Shown here in pieces: positions 26,728 to 34,775 of a stretch of 64,000 nucleotides of DNA. Each line of letters opens with the position of its first letter. Within the stretch, counting starts at the first letter, position 1. This stretch comes from an uncultured Bdellovibrionales bacterium (GTDB lineage Bacteria > Patescibacteriota > Minisyncoccia > Moranbacterales > UBA2206), in assembly GCA_964538685.1 (NCBI GenBank), contig CAZIFD010000002.1, positions 13,255-77,254 of the forward strand, given 5' to 3'. The position numbers and the translations under genes were made by a program. The notes beneath the pieces were generated by a model. The model was not told the origin of the DNA, ran no database searches, and was given only the letters and a program-made list of their open reading frames with translations.

Positions 26728-28414
26728 GATCTTTTAAATAATTATCTACTTTTTTATCTGCTATATCTCGTTCTTTTTCAATTTCTTTCAGTTCCTTCCA
26801 AGCAGATTTCACATCCACAATTTCCTCAACGTCTCCGTTTTCTACGTACCGACGGACATTTAGGTTGAAGCCATTCTCTTCGATTTCCTTGAGAGGAACC
26901 ACTTTGGCATATTTCTCGATGTTGCGATATCCCTCATAAGCCGAAACTATCTTTTCAATATCTTTTTTCCTGAGACGATTCTGATTTTTTCCTTCTTCAA
27001 AGTCCTTTTCCGCATCGATAATCAGAATCTTGTTCCTATGCGTCTCCGGCTTGTTTTTATTGAAAATAATGATCGCTACCGGAATGCCAGTCCCATAAAA
27101 AAGTTTAGGAGGAAGTGCGATAATAGCCTCAATCAAATCATTTTTGATGATTTGTTCACGGATAGCTCCTTCTGCTCCGCCACGAAAGAGAACGCCATGA
27201 GGAAGTAATATTCCGGCTCGTCCGTTTTCGTTCATTGATTTGATCATGTGCAAAACAAAAGCATAATCAGCCTTTTTCTCTGGCGGCATTTCATAACCAG
27301 AGAGTCTGCCATATTTATCAGACTTGAACATTTCAGATTCCCACTCTTTGATTGAGTAGGGTGGGTTTGCAACGCAGATATCGAATGTCTTGAGTGAACC
27401 GTCCAGGTTTAAGAATTTCGGATCAGCCAAAGTATCTCCACGCTGGATATCAGCACTATCAAGTCCGTGTAAAAACATATTGATCTTCGCAATCGCAAAA
27501 GTCCCGATGTTTATTTCTTGTCCATAAAGATAAAGCGAGCGTGCTTTTCTCTCGCCAGCTTTTTCCTTGAGATAATGATAGGCTTCCAAAAGAAAACCAC
27601 CTGATCCAACCGTCATGTCATAAATATGATCTTTCTCGTGAGGTTTTAGGATTTGAATGATAACTCGCTCGGTTTCGCGCGGAGAATAAAATTCACCACC
27701 TTTTTTCCCAGCATCGGCCGCAAATTGCTCAATGAGGTATTCATAAGCATCGCCGAGCAGATCCGAACTGATATAGCTATCTCCAAAATTGTACTGTGAA
27801 AAATGATTAACCAGCCTTTGCAGTGTTTCATTTGGAAATTTATCTTTATTGGCAAAATCAAGATCATCAAAAATTTTGTCGAGCTTTGGGCTATTGGCGT
27901 TTGTCAGTTTGTCAAAAATTTCATTAAGTCTCTGTCCGATTCCTCCGGCTTGTTTTTGAATAACTTCCCAGCGACAATCTTTGGGGACTTGGAAGCGGTG
28001 ATTGTAATCAGCGCGTGCGATTGTTTCATCATGAAATTCATCCAGCACTTTTTTATATTCTTCATCCCAAGTATCGCTGATACGTTTATAAAAGAGTAAA
28101 CCGAAAATATATTTTTTGTAATCTGAGCTGTCTATTTTTCCTCTTAAAATATCAGCACTTCTCCAAAGGAATTGTTTGAGGTGAGCCAAGGTCATTTTTT
28201 CGCCAGTCCCGCTAATTTCACTGAGAACTGCCCCCATCTTTTTATCGATAAATTTTTCCAGATCTTCTATTCTATATTTTCTGTCTGCCCTGGTTCCGAC
28301 TCGCAGCGGCGTTATCTTTCCCTCTTTTTCCCAATTGCGAAGAGTGTCCTTGTTTATTCCAAGAAGTTCGGATGCCTGTTTAATTGAGAGTAATTTTGGC
28401 GAATTTTTGCTCAT
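26714..28414 (-). CDS. hsdM: Type I RM N6-adenine methyltransferase subunit with an N-terminal MerR/excisionase-type HTH extension
   Basis: N-terminus LLSIKQASELLGINKDTLRNWEKEGKITP (HTH). HsdM N-domain. Motif I DMTVGSGGFL. Motif IV VANPPYS. 566 aa. Confidence 0.9.
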   Translation of the reverse strand: MSKNSPKLLSIKQASELLGINKDTLRNWEKEGKITPLRVGTRADRKYRIEDLEKFIDKKMGAVLSEISGTGEKMTLAHLKQFLWRSADILRGKIDSSDYKKYIFGLLFYKRISDTWDEEYKKVLDEFHDETIARADYNHRFQVPKDCRWEVIQKQAGGIGQRLNEIFDKLTNANSPKLDKIFDDLDFANKDKFPNETLQRLVNHFSQYNFGDSYISSDLLGDAYEYLIEQFAADAGKKGGEFYSPRETERVIIQILKPHEKDHIYDMTVGSGGFLLEAYHYLKEKAGERKARSLYLYGQEINIGTFAIAKINMFLHGLDSADIQRGDTLADPKFLNLDGSLKTFDICVANPPYSIKEWESEMFKSDKYGRLSGYEMPPEKKADYAFVLHMIKSMNENGRAGILLPHGVLFRGGAEGAIREQIIKNDLIEAIIALPPKLFYGTGIPVAIIIFNKNKPETHRNKILIIDAEKDFEEGKNQNRLRKKDIEKIVSAYEGYRNIEKYAKVVPLKEIEENGFNLNVRRYVENGDVEEIVDVKSAWKELKEIEKERDIADKKVDNYLKDLGIK

Positions 28415-28690
28415 AGTTATGATTTACAAAATTTATGTTTTTTCTTACCTTTTCATATGTTAGCACGACAACTTTAATCTTGTCAATACTTTTTACAAAA
28501 ATTCTGATGATTTCATAGGTTATTATATTTAAGTGCTATTGAGCAGAAAGACACTCTTTTTGTAAGTTTATGAGGATTTAAGGCTATTTAAAGCCAATAA
28601 GTTATCAACAGGTAACCTACTTGGGACGCTCTGGACTCTTTCATGAGAGTGCGTCATTCATTGAGTTGTAACAAATAAGACCAAAATCCT

Positions 28691-30019
28691 ATGGATTACC
28701 CAAAAACCAACCAAATAGGGGCGATTACCAAATCAGAGCCAATTGCGATGCCTGTCCGATATTGTCTCTACGCCCGCAAAAGTACCGAGAGTGAGGAGCG
28801 CCAAATACTCTCTATTGATTCCCAGATCAAGGAGATGCTTCAACTGGCAGAGCGTGAAAGCTTGGAGATAGTTGAAATAAAGCGCGAATCGCATAGTGCC
28901 AAGGAAACAGGGCAAAGACCGATTTTTAATGAAATTGTTGAAGAAATAAAACAAGGAAAATTCAACGGTATTCTGACTTGGGCACCGGATAGAATTTCCA
29001 GAAATGCTGGAGATCTTGGAAAAATAGTAGATCTGATGGACAGCGGAGCTTTAAAAGAAATCAGAACTTATGGGCAACGATTTACTGATTCGCCAAATGA
29101 AAAATTTCTACTAATGATTTTGGGATCTCAAGCTAAACTAGAAAATGATAATCGTGGCATCAATGTAAAGCGAGGACTTCGTGCCAGATGCGAAATGGGA
29201 CTATGGCCAACGGTGGCACCGCTTGGATATCTCAATCAAAGGCACATGGACAAAAAATGCCAGCTGATTCAGGATCCACAAAGAGCGTCAGTTATAAAAA
29301 AGATATTTGAAAAAGTAGCTTATGAACATTATTCGGGCAGGAAAATATATCATTGGTTAAGATTTGAGCTAAATTTCTATACCAGAGGAAATAAGCCACT
29401 GACATTAGGTGGGGTGTATCGGGTTCTTGAAAATCCTTTCTACTATGGAGTCTTTGAATACCCAGTCAAAAGCGGAAATTGGTATACCGGAAAACATGAA
29501 CCGATAATCACCCAGGAGATATTCGAAAAAGCCCAGGCCTGGCTAAAAAGAGATAAAATTGTCCGGGAAAATAAAGAGTTCGCCTTTACTAAATTGTTCA
29601 CCTGCGGATATTGCGGATCGGGAATATCCGCCGAAGAAAAATACAAACAACTGAAAGACGGTACACACGCCAGATATATCTACTATTCCTGCTCGAGAGC
29701 CAGAGACCGGCATTGCAAAAACAAATATATCCGCGAGGAAGAATTGATCACCGAGCTTCTAAAAATAATCGATCAAATGAATATCAATGAACTAGGAATG
29801 AGGCAGAAATTGGAAGATGAAATCAATCGCTTCAATATTTTTCAAAAATCAGTGATGGGAGAAAAACACAAAATTCAAAATACCAAAGATACAGATATCC
29901 GAAATTATGCCAAATACCTACTTAAAGAGGGGTCGGTATCGGAAAAAAGAGAACTTCTCGGAAATCTAAGATCGAGGATAATATACAAAGATAAAAAACT
30001 GGAGCTGGTGAAAGAATAG
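28691..30019 (+). CDS. Large serine recombinase (integrase), adjacent to tRNA-Ser
   Basis: RYCLYARKSTESEE (catalytic Ser motif), resolvase and recombinase domains, Cys-rich zinc ribbon (CGYCGSG ... YYSCSRARDRHC). 442 aa. Ends 112 bp from the tRNA-Ser 3' end. Confidence 0.85.
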   Translation: MDYPKTNQIGAITKSEPIAMPVRYCLYARKSTESEERQILSIDSQIKEMLQLAERESLEIVEIKRESHSAKETGQRPIFNEIVEEIKQGKFNGILTWAPDRISRNAGDLGKIVDLMDSGALKEIRTYGQRFTDSPNEKFLLMILGSQAKLENDNRGINVKRGLRARCEMGLWPTVAPLGYLNQRHMDKKCQLIQDPQRASVIKKIFEKVAYEHYSGRKIYHWLRFELNFYTRGNKPLTLGGVYRVLENPFYYGVFEYPVKSGNWYTGKHEPIITQEIFEKAQAWLKRDKIVRENKEFAFTKLFTCGYCGSGISAEEKYKQLKDGTHARYIYYSCSRARDRHCKNKYIREEELITELLKIIDQMNINELGMRQKLEDEINRFNIFQKSVMGEKHKIQNTKDTDIRNYAKYLLKEGSVSEKRELLGNLRSRIIYKDKKLELVKE

Positions 30020-30029
30020 AAAACAAAAA

Positions 30030-30058
30030 ACAGCGGAGAAAAATTCGCTGTTTTTTTG
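30030..30058 (+). terminator. Rho-independent terminator after the recombinase gene
   Basis: 'acagcggagaaaaattcgctgt' hairpin followed by 'ttttttt'. Confidence 0.65.
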
Positions 30059-30131
30059 TTCAATTTTTTATGTCTTCGGGTCGCTCATTCGTCTCGATAG
30101 AATGGGTCTATCCGATAAAAAATTGTCGATG

Positions 30132-30218
30132 CGGAGAGAGGGAGATTCGAACTCCCGAGACCCGTTAAGATCTACTTGCTTTCCAAGCAAGCGCACTCGA
30201 CCACTATGCGATCTCTCC
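30132..30218 (-). tRNA. tRNA-Ser (anticodon GGA), class II with long variable arm; no encoded CCA
   Basis: Reverse complement GGAGAGATCGCATAGTGGTCGAGTGCGCTTGCTTGGAAAGCAAGTAGATCTTAACGGGTCTCGGGAGTTCGAATCTCCCTCTCTCCG. 7-bp acceptor stem. Anticodon stem CTTGC/GCAAG with loop TTGGAAA. Long variable arm. T-arm GGGAG-TTCGAAT-CTCCC. Confidence 0.85.
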
Positions 30219-30306
30219 AAAATATAGTTGAATAATTGAGAAACAAAGCAAGGCTCATCCTCAAGCCTCGCTTTATAATCTAACAGCTAACAATGATTTA
30301 ATCAAG

Positions 30307-31731
30307 TCAAATCTCCTCAATTCCAATCAATCTCATTTTCTTTCCCCCCGGCAATTTTCCCATAATCACCACCACCTTGTCTCCTTTTTTAAGCCTTTTT
30401 TCTTCCTGGGAAATTTTACTCAAAATAGAAATAAAATCATCAATATTTTCTTTTTCCGAAAGATAAAATCCTCGCACTCCCCAAAGAATTGAAGTTTGGA
30501 AATAGGTGTTTAAATTATTGGTTGCCACCAACATTATTTGCTTTGGACGATGTTGCGACATCATAAGCGGAGTTGTTCCGGAAAAACTAAACGACAAAAT
30601 TGCTTTAGCCTTGGAACTTTTAGCCAGTTCATGAGCACTGTCAATAATAGCTCTGTATTCTTCCAAATCTGAATGGTCAAAAAGTTTTTTTCCACTGTCA
30701 TCATAAGGAGATTCTTCAGTGTCGGCAATTATTCTAGCCATAGTTGCTACCGCTTCAATCGGATATTTTCCGTTGGCTGATTCTCCGGAAAGCATCACCG
30801 CATCAGTGTGATCAATAACTGCATTGGTCACATCCGACACTTCCGCTCGTGTTGGAAGAGGATTTTCAATCATCGTTTCAAGCATCTGAGTCGCCACAAT
30901 TACCGGCGTATTCATTTGCAAGCATTTCTCAATAATTTGTTTTTGATAAACAACAACTTTAGTTTCCGGCAATTCAATCCCCAAATCGCCTCGCGCCACC
31001 ATAACCGTGTCCGTTGTTTCAATTATTTCATCAATGTTTTTTATGGCTTCTTTTCTTTCTATTTTAGCCACGATTTTGGGATAAACATCTTTCTCTCCCA
31101 AAGTTTCTTTTATCTTCATTCTCAAATCCTGAATATCCTTGGCATTTCCCACAAAAGACAAAGCCACAAAATCAACTTCTTTTGACAAAACAAATTTCAA
31201 ATCTTCGTCATCTTTTTCCGTCATCGCTCCGAAATTCAATTTAGCGTCCGGAATATTCACTCCCTTGTGATTTCTAACAACTCCGGAAACTAAGACTTCG
31301 GAAAGCAAAAAACCGGCCTGCCTTTCAACAACCCTGAACTTTATTTTTCCATCTTCAACCAAAATTTCATTATCAACATTTATTCCTTCCAGAATATCTT
31401 TGTCCAAATAAAAAACTTTTGTTTCCGAGTTCTCTCTTTTTTCCGATTTAATGTCTCCAATTAATATTTTTTCTCCTTTTTCCACCGCCACCTCATTGTC
31501 TGTCATTATTCTAATTCTCGGTCCCTGAAGATCGGCCAAAATTCCAATCGGTTTCCCCAATTCTTGACGCAATTCTTTGACTTTGTCTATAAGTTCGCCG
31601 TTTGTTTCGTGAGTTCCATGGGAAAAATTTATCCGAGCTACATTCATTCCGGACTCAATCATTTTGCGGAGAGTTTCTTTATCTTTTGAGGCTGGTCCGA
31701 TAGTGGCGACTATTTTGGTTCTTTTTTGCAT
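30307..31731 (-). CDS. pyk: Pyruvate kinase
   Basis: MQKRTKIVATIGPAS...NVARINFSHG...GPRIRI... Canonical PK motifs. 474 aa. Confidence 0.9.
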   Translation of the reverse strand: MQKRTKIVATIGPASKDKETLRKMIESGMNVARINFSHGTHETNGELIDKVKELRQELGKPIGILADLQGPRIRIMTDNEVAVEKGEKILIGDIKSEKRENSETKVFYLDKDILEGINVDNEILVEDGKIKFRVVERQAGFLLSEVLVSGVVRNHKGVNIPDAKLNFGAMTEKDDEDLKFVLSKEVDFVALSFVGNAKDIQDLRMKIKETLGEKDVYPKIVAKIERKEAIKNIDEIIETTDTVMVARGDLGIELPETKVVVYQKQIIEKCLQMNTPVIVATQMLETMIENPLPTRAEVSDVTNAVIDHTDAVMLSGESANGKYPIEAVATMARIIADTEESPYDDSGKKLFDHSDLEEYRAIIDSAHELAKSSKAKAILSFSFSGTTPLMMSQHRPKQIMLVATNNLNTYFQTSILWGVRGFYLSEKENIDDFISILSKISQEEKRLKKGDKVVVIMGKLPGGKKMRLIGIEEI

Positions 31732-31861
31732 ATATTCTTTATTCTCCTGAATTAATCAGGATTTTTTAAACTTAACTTAACTAATCCAATCTTCTCATAT
31801 CAAGCAAAAACAGGCAACCAGAAAAGGAAAGCCTGTTTTTTTAGCCGGAAAAAGTAAAAAA

Positions 31862-32293
31862 TTATTTAAGAATTTCCACTCCACCAATAACCGGAAGTTT
31901 TTTCATTTCTCCCTTAGACGCATTAATAACACCCATGATCATAAGCACTAACAGAAAAATTGTTCCCAATGGCAAAATTATAAACCAACCGATAATCGGC
32001 AAAATTCCTCCCACTGCATTCACCACTATCCAAGAAATGAGAAGCATCAATTGTTGATTGGCATGAAACTTGGCAAAAGGACTGTTTTTCGCTTCGCCCA
32101 AAAGCGGTACAAAAAACAAAATAGGAATGATATATCCAACAATGGCCATCGCTTTGTTTTTTTCCACATCGTCATTCTTGGCTTTTGGTTGAGCTTCTTT
32201 TACCGGCTCTTCCTGTTTCTTTTGTTCCTCCATGTTTATCACCTGCCTTTCTATTTTATTAAGATTAAATTTATCTTTTCTAAATGATACCAC
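31862..32293 (-). CDS. Small integral membrane protein (DUF4870-like)
   Basis: Charged N-terminus, then 3 TM helices (AIVGYIIPILFFVPLL...; LISWIVVNAVGGILPIIGWFIILPL...). Confidence 0.4.
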   Translation of the reverse strand: MVSFRKDKFNLNKIERQVINMEEQKKQEEPVKEAQPKAKNDDVEKNKAMAIVGYIIPILFFVPLLGEAKNSPFAKFHANQQLMLLISWIVVNAVGGILPIIGWFIILPLGTIFLLVLMIMGVINASKGEMKKLPVIGGVEILK

Positions 32294-32307
32294 AAAAAAA
32301 GCATATA

Positions 32308-32655
32308 CTAAAGATTGCCACCGGAAATTTCCTGAAGAATATCCTCGGGAATCGGATTATTTTTAGGGCTTACTCCAGGGTATCTCCAAGCACTAATAAT
32401 TTTAAATTTTCCCGGAATTAAGCTTAATTTTTTAGTTTTTCGTTCTTTTTGATACATCGCCCAAATCTCTTGTTTCCAAAATTCCTTGCCATCAACCTTT
32501 TTTGAACTTTGCGGTTGCATAACCGCAACTGTATTTTTGACAATTCCCTCTTCTTTGCGATAAGGACTCCTTATTACCCGCCTGATTCGCTGTTCACTCA
32601 AACCATATTGTTTGAGTTTAAACTTAGCGTGTTCGGTCCAAAAATATTTATCCAT
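32308..32655 (-). CDS. Hypothetical small protein, possibly BrnT/DUF4258-like; the track ORF's N-terminal extension to 32712 is an artefact of read-through into a repeat element
   Basis: From MDKYFWTEHAKFKLKQYGLSEQRIRRVI (pattern F-W-[DT]-E-x-K......[HY]G[VL]S-E, reminiscent of BrnT). Residues ILAFAGMTF of the longer ORF are encoded by the REP-like element. Confidence 0.3.
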   Translation of the reverse strand: MDKYFWTEHAKFKLKQYGLSEQRIRRVIRSPYRKEEGIVKNTVAVMQPQSSKKVDGKEFWKQEIWAMYQKERKTKKLSLIPGKFKIISAWRYPGVSPKNNPIPEDILQEISGGNL

Positions 32656-32659
32656 AAAT

Positions 32660-32691
32660 GTCATTCCCGCAAAAGCGAGAATCCAGTCATT
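32660..32691. repeat. REP-like palindromic element, copy 1 of 3
   Basis: 'gtcattcccgcaaaagcgagaatccagtcatt' is nearly identical to 58622-58652 'tcattcccgcgaaagcgggaatctagtcatt'. Confidence 0.6.
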
Positions 32692-32723
32692 AGTCTTAAC
32701 TGAAAAAAACAAACAAGAAAAAA

Positions 32724-33617
32724 TTATTCAATATCCATACCCCGCAATCTAGCCACTCTTTCTTCAATTGGCGGATGAGTGGCAAAAAATTTGGAAACTT
32801 TTTTTCCTTTGAAAGGATTGGTAATAAAAAGATGGGCTGTCGCACGATTAGCCACTTCAAGCGGTTTTGTGTCTTGGGATATTTTTTCCAAGGCCCGAGC
32901 CAACCCTTCGGGATAGCGAGTCAAAAGCGCTCCATCAGCATCAGCCAGAAATTCTCTCTTTCTTGAAATTGCCAATTGCATTAAAACAGAAGCAATTGGA
33001 GCCAAAATAGCCAAAACTATGGCAACTATTGTCATTATAATTTGCAACTGATTCCCCTCTCTGTCATCACTTCTCCGACCGCCAAAAATACTCCAACGCA
33101 AAAACCAATCCGCCAAAAGAGAAATAAATCCGACCAAAATAACTACCACTGTTCCGAGCAAAATATCTCTGTTTCCAATATGCGACAATTCGTGAGCAAT
33201 CACACCTTCCAGCTCTACTTTTTCTAAACGATCAACAATTCCGGTTGTCAAACAAATTACTCCGTGTTTTGGATCACGACCGGTCGCAAAGGCATTCAGG
33301 GCATCATCAGAAATGATGTAAATTTTGGGAACCGGCAATCCAGCTGTAATGCAAAGATTTTCCACTAAGTTATAAATCTGGGGATTGTCTTTTTTGGATA
33401 TTTCCCGCGCCGAACTCATTGCCAAAACTATTTTGTCGCTCCACCAATACGATCCAAGACTCATAAAAACCGAGAATAAAACAGCAATGTATAAAATATC
33501 CCTGTTTCCCAAAGCTTCTGAAAAAACATAGCCAACACCAATCACAAAAACCAAAAACCCAGACATATAAATCCAGGTTAGGCGAGTATTTCTATCTTTT
33601 TGCGTGTATAGAGTCAT
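32724..33617 (-). CDS. htpX: Zinc metalloprotease HtpX (M48)
   Basis: N-terminal TM helices. HELSHIGNRD (HExxH). Additional TM helices. 297 aa. Confidence 0.85.
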   Translation of the reverse strand: MTLYTQKDRNTRLTWIYMSGFLVFVIGVGYVFSEALGNRDILYIAVLFSVFMSLGSYWWSDKIVLAMSSAREISKKDNPQIYNLVENLCITAGLPVPKIYIISDDALNAFATGRDPKHGVICLTTGIVDRLEKVELEGVIAHELSHIGNRDILLGTVVVILVGFISLLADWFLRWSIFGGRRSDDREGNQLQIIMTIVAIVLAILAPIASVLMQLAISRKREFLADADGALLTRYPEGLARALEKISQDTKPLEVANRATAHLFITNPFKGKKVSKFFATHPPIEERVARLRGMDIE

Positions 33618-33624
33618 AAAAAAA

Positions 33625-34176
33625 CTAAAATTCCACTTTCACATTTTCTTTTTCTCCTTCTTCTGCTTCAAAAAATTCTCTTTTGGTAAAATTAAGCATT
33701 CCGGAAATCAGATTGTTGGGAAAAATCTCAATTTTAGTGTTGAAATCACGCACATTGCCATTGTAAAATCTCCTAGCAGCCTGAATTTTGTCTTCAGTGT
33801 CAGTCAACTCTCTTTGCAATTCCAAAAAATTCTGATTGGCTTTCAAATCCGGATAACTTTCCGCCACTGCAAACAACGATTTCAAAGTTCCCGAAAGCGC
33901 ATTTTCCGCCTGCTCCTTGTCAGCTGGATTGACCGCTCCCATGGCTGCCGTTCTGGCTGCCGTCACTTTTTCAAACAATTCTTTTTCGTGAGTCGCATAA
34001 CCCTTGACAGTATTGATCAAATTGGGAATCAGATCATATCTTCGTTTAAGCTGAACATCAATATCACTCCAAGCTTCATCCACTCTGTTTTTGAGACGAA
34101 TCAAGCCATTGTAAATTCCAATAAGCCAAATGGTCAATCCGACCAAAACTATTACAATGATTAAACTTATGGACAT
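33625..34176 (-). CDS. lemA: LemA family protein
   Basis: N-terminal TM. NGLIRLKNRVDEAWSDIDVQLKRRYDLIPNL is the typical LemA motif. 183 aa. Confidence 0.8.
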   Translation of the reverse strand: MSISLIIVIVLVGLTIWLIGIYNGLIRLKNRVDEAWSDIDVQLKRRYDLIPNLINTVKGYATHEKELFEKVTAARTAAMGAVNPADKEQAENALSGTLKSLFAVAESYPDLKANQNFLELQRELTDTEDKIQAARRFYNGNVRDFNTKIEIFPNNLISGMLNFTKREFFEAEEGEKENVKVEF

Positions 34177-34250
34177 ATTTTTTATTTTATTTGTTATATT
34201 TTAATTGTACCAAAGAAAATACCTTTTGACAAACCAAAAAATATGATAAA

Positions 34251-34730
34251 ATGGAAAAAATAATCATAAACAATACTATGGAAAACTTCTTTGAATTTTT
34301 ATCTCCCTATTATATCTTCCTCATTCCCATTTTGGTTGGATTTATTACTCAACTGACCAAATTTATTGTTTATTCCCTAAAACACGGCTACAATTGGCGC
34401 TATGCAATGACTCACGGCCATATGCCAAGCGCTCACACTGGATTTATTATTTCTCTTGTTACTTCGGTTGGATATTATGATGGATTAACTTCCGGCGCTT
34501 TCACGGTAGCCGTAGCCTTGGCTATTATTGTTGTTGATGACGCCGTACGACTCAGAGCCTATATGGGAGATCAAGGCAGATACCTCAATATGCTTATTCG
34601 TCAACTAAACATCAATGAAGATCAATTTCCTCGTCTCAAAGAAAGAATGGGACATCGCTTAAGCGAAGTAGTTGTCGGAGGAATTTATGGATTTATCCTA
34701 ACAATGGTCTTTGTCACTATCTTCAAATAA
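34251..34730 (+). CDS. Divergent PAP2 / acid-phosphatase-related membrane protein (DUF212/YuiD-like)
   Basis: GHMPSAHTGFIISL ... IIVVDDAVRLR motifs and 3-4 TM helices. 159 aa. Confidence 0.55.
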   Translation: MEKIIINNTMENFFEFLSPYYIFLIPILVGFITQLTKFIVYSLKHGYNWRYAMTHGHMPSAHTGFIISLVTSVGYYDGLTSGAFTVAVALAIIVVDDAVRLRAYMGDQGRYLNMLIRQLNINEDQFPRLKERMGHRLSEVVVGGIYGFILTMVFVTIFK

Positions 34731-34750
34731 ATCTCTCTTTATTTTTAATG

Positions 34751-34775
34751 AAAAAGCGCCTAGGCGCTTTTTCTT
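34751..34775. terminator. Bidirectional hairpin terminator between convergent genes (overlaps the Mur ligase stop codon)
   Basis: 'aaaaagcgcctaggcgcttttt' perfect palindrome with flanking A/T runs. Confidence 0.6.

Larger units (their letters stand above)
600..30218. mobile_element. Composite integrative genomic island / degraded prophage between dnaG and tRNA-Ser carrying two serine recombinases, phage packaging remnants and multiple defence modules
   Basis: Core genes (dnaG; pyk onward) bracket ~29.5 kb of defence, RM, recombinase and phage-type genes. One recombinase abuts a tRNA. Several cargo segments have atypical GC. Exact boundaries are not determined. Confidence 0.5.

Noticed and set aside
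30276-30284. 'agctaacaa' 9-mer shared between the ORF 951 leader (3 copies) and the tRNA-Ser/pyk spacer, considered as possible island direct repeats
   Set aside because: Only 9 bp in an AT-rich genome, so chance occurrence is plausible. The right-hand copy lies beyond the 5' end of the tRNA rather than at its 3' end, where integration scars are expected. Kept only as a note.
30808-31185. 125-aa plus-strand ORF inside pyk
   Set aside because: Antisense to pyruvate kinase. His/Asn/Phe-rich nonsense translation.
33604-34164. 186-aa plus-strand ORF
   Set aside because: Completely overlaps lemA on the opposite strand. lemA has a strong family signature and this ORF has none.
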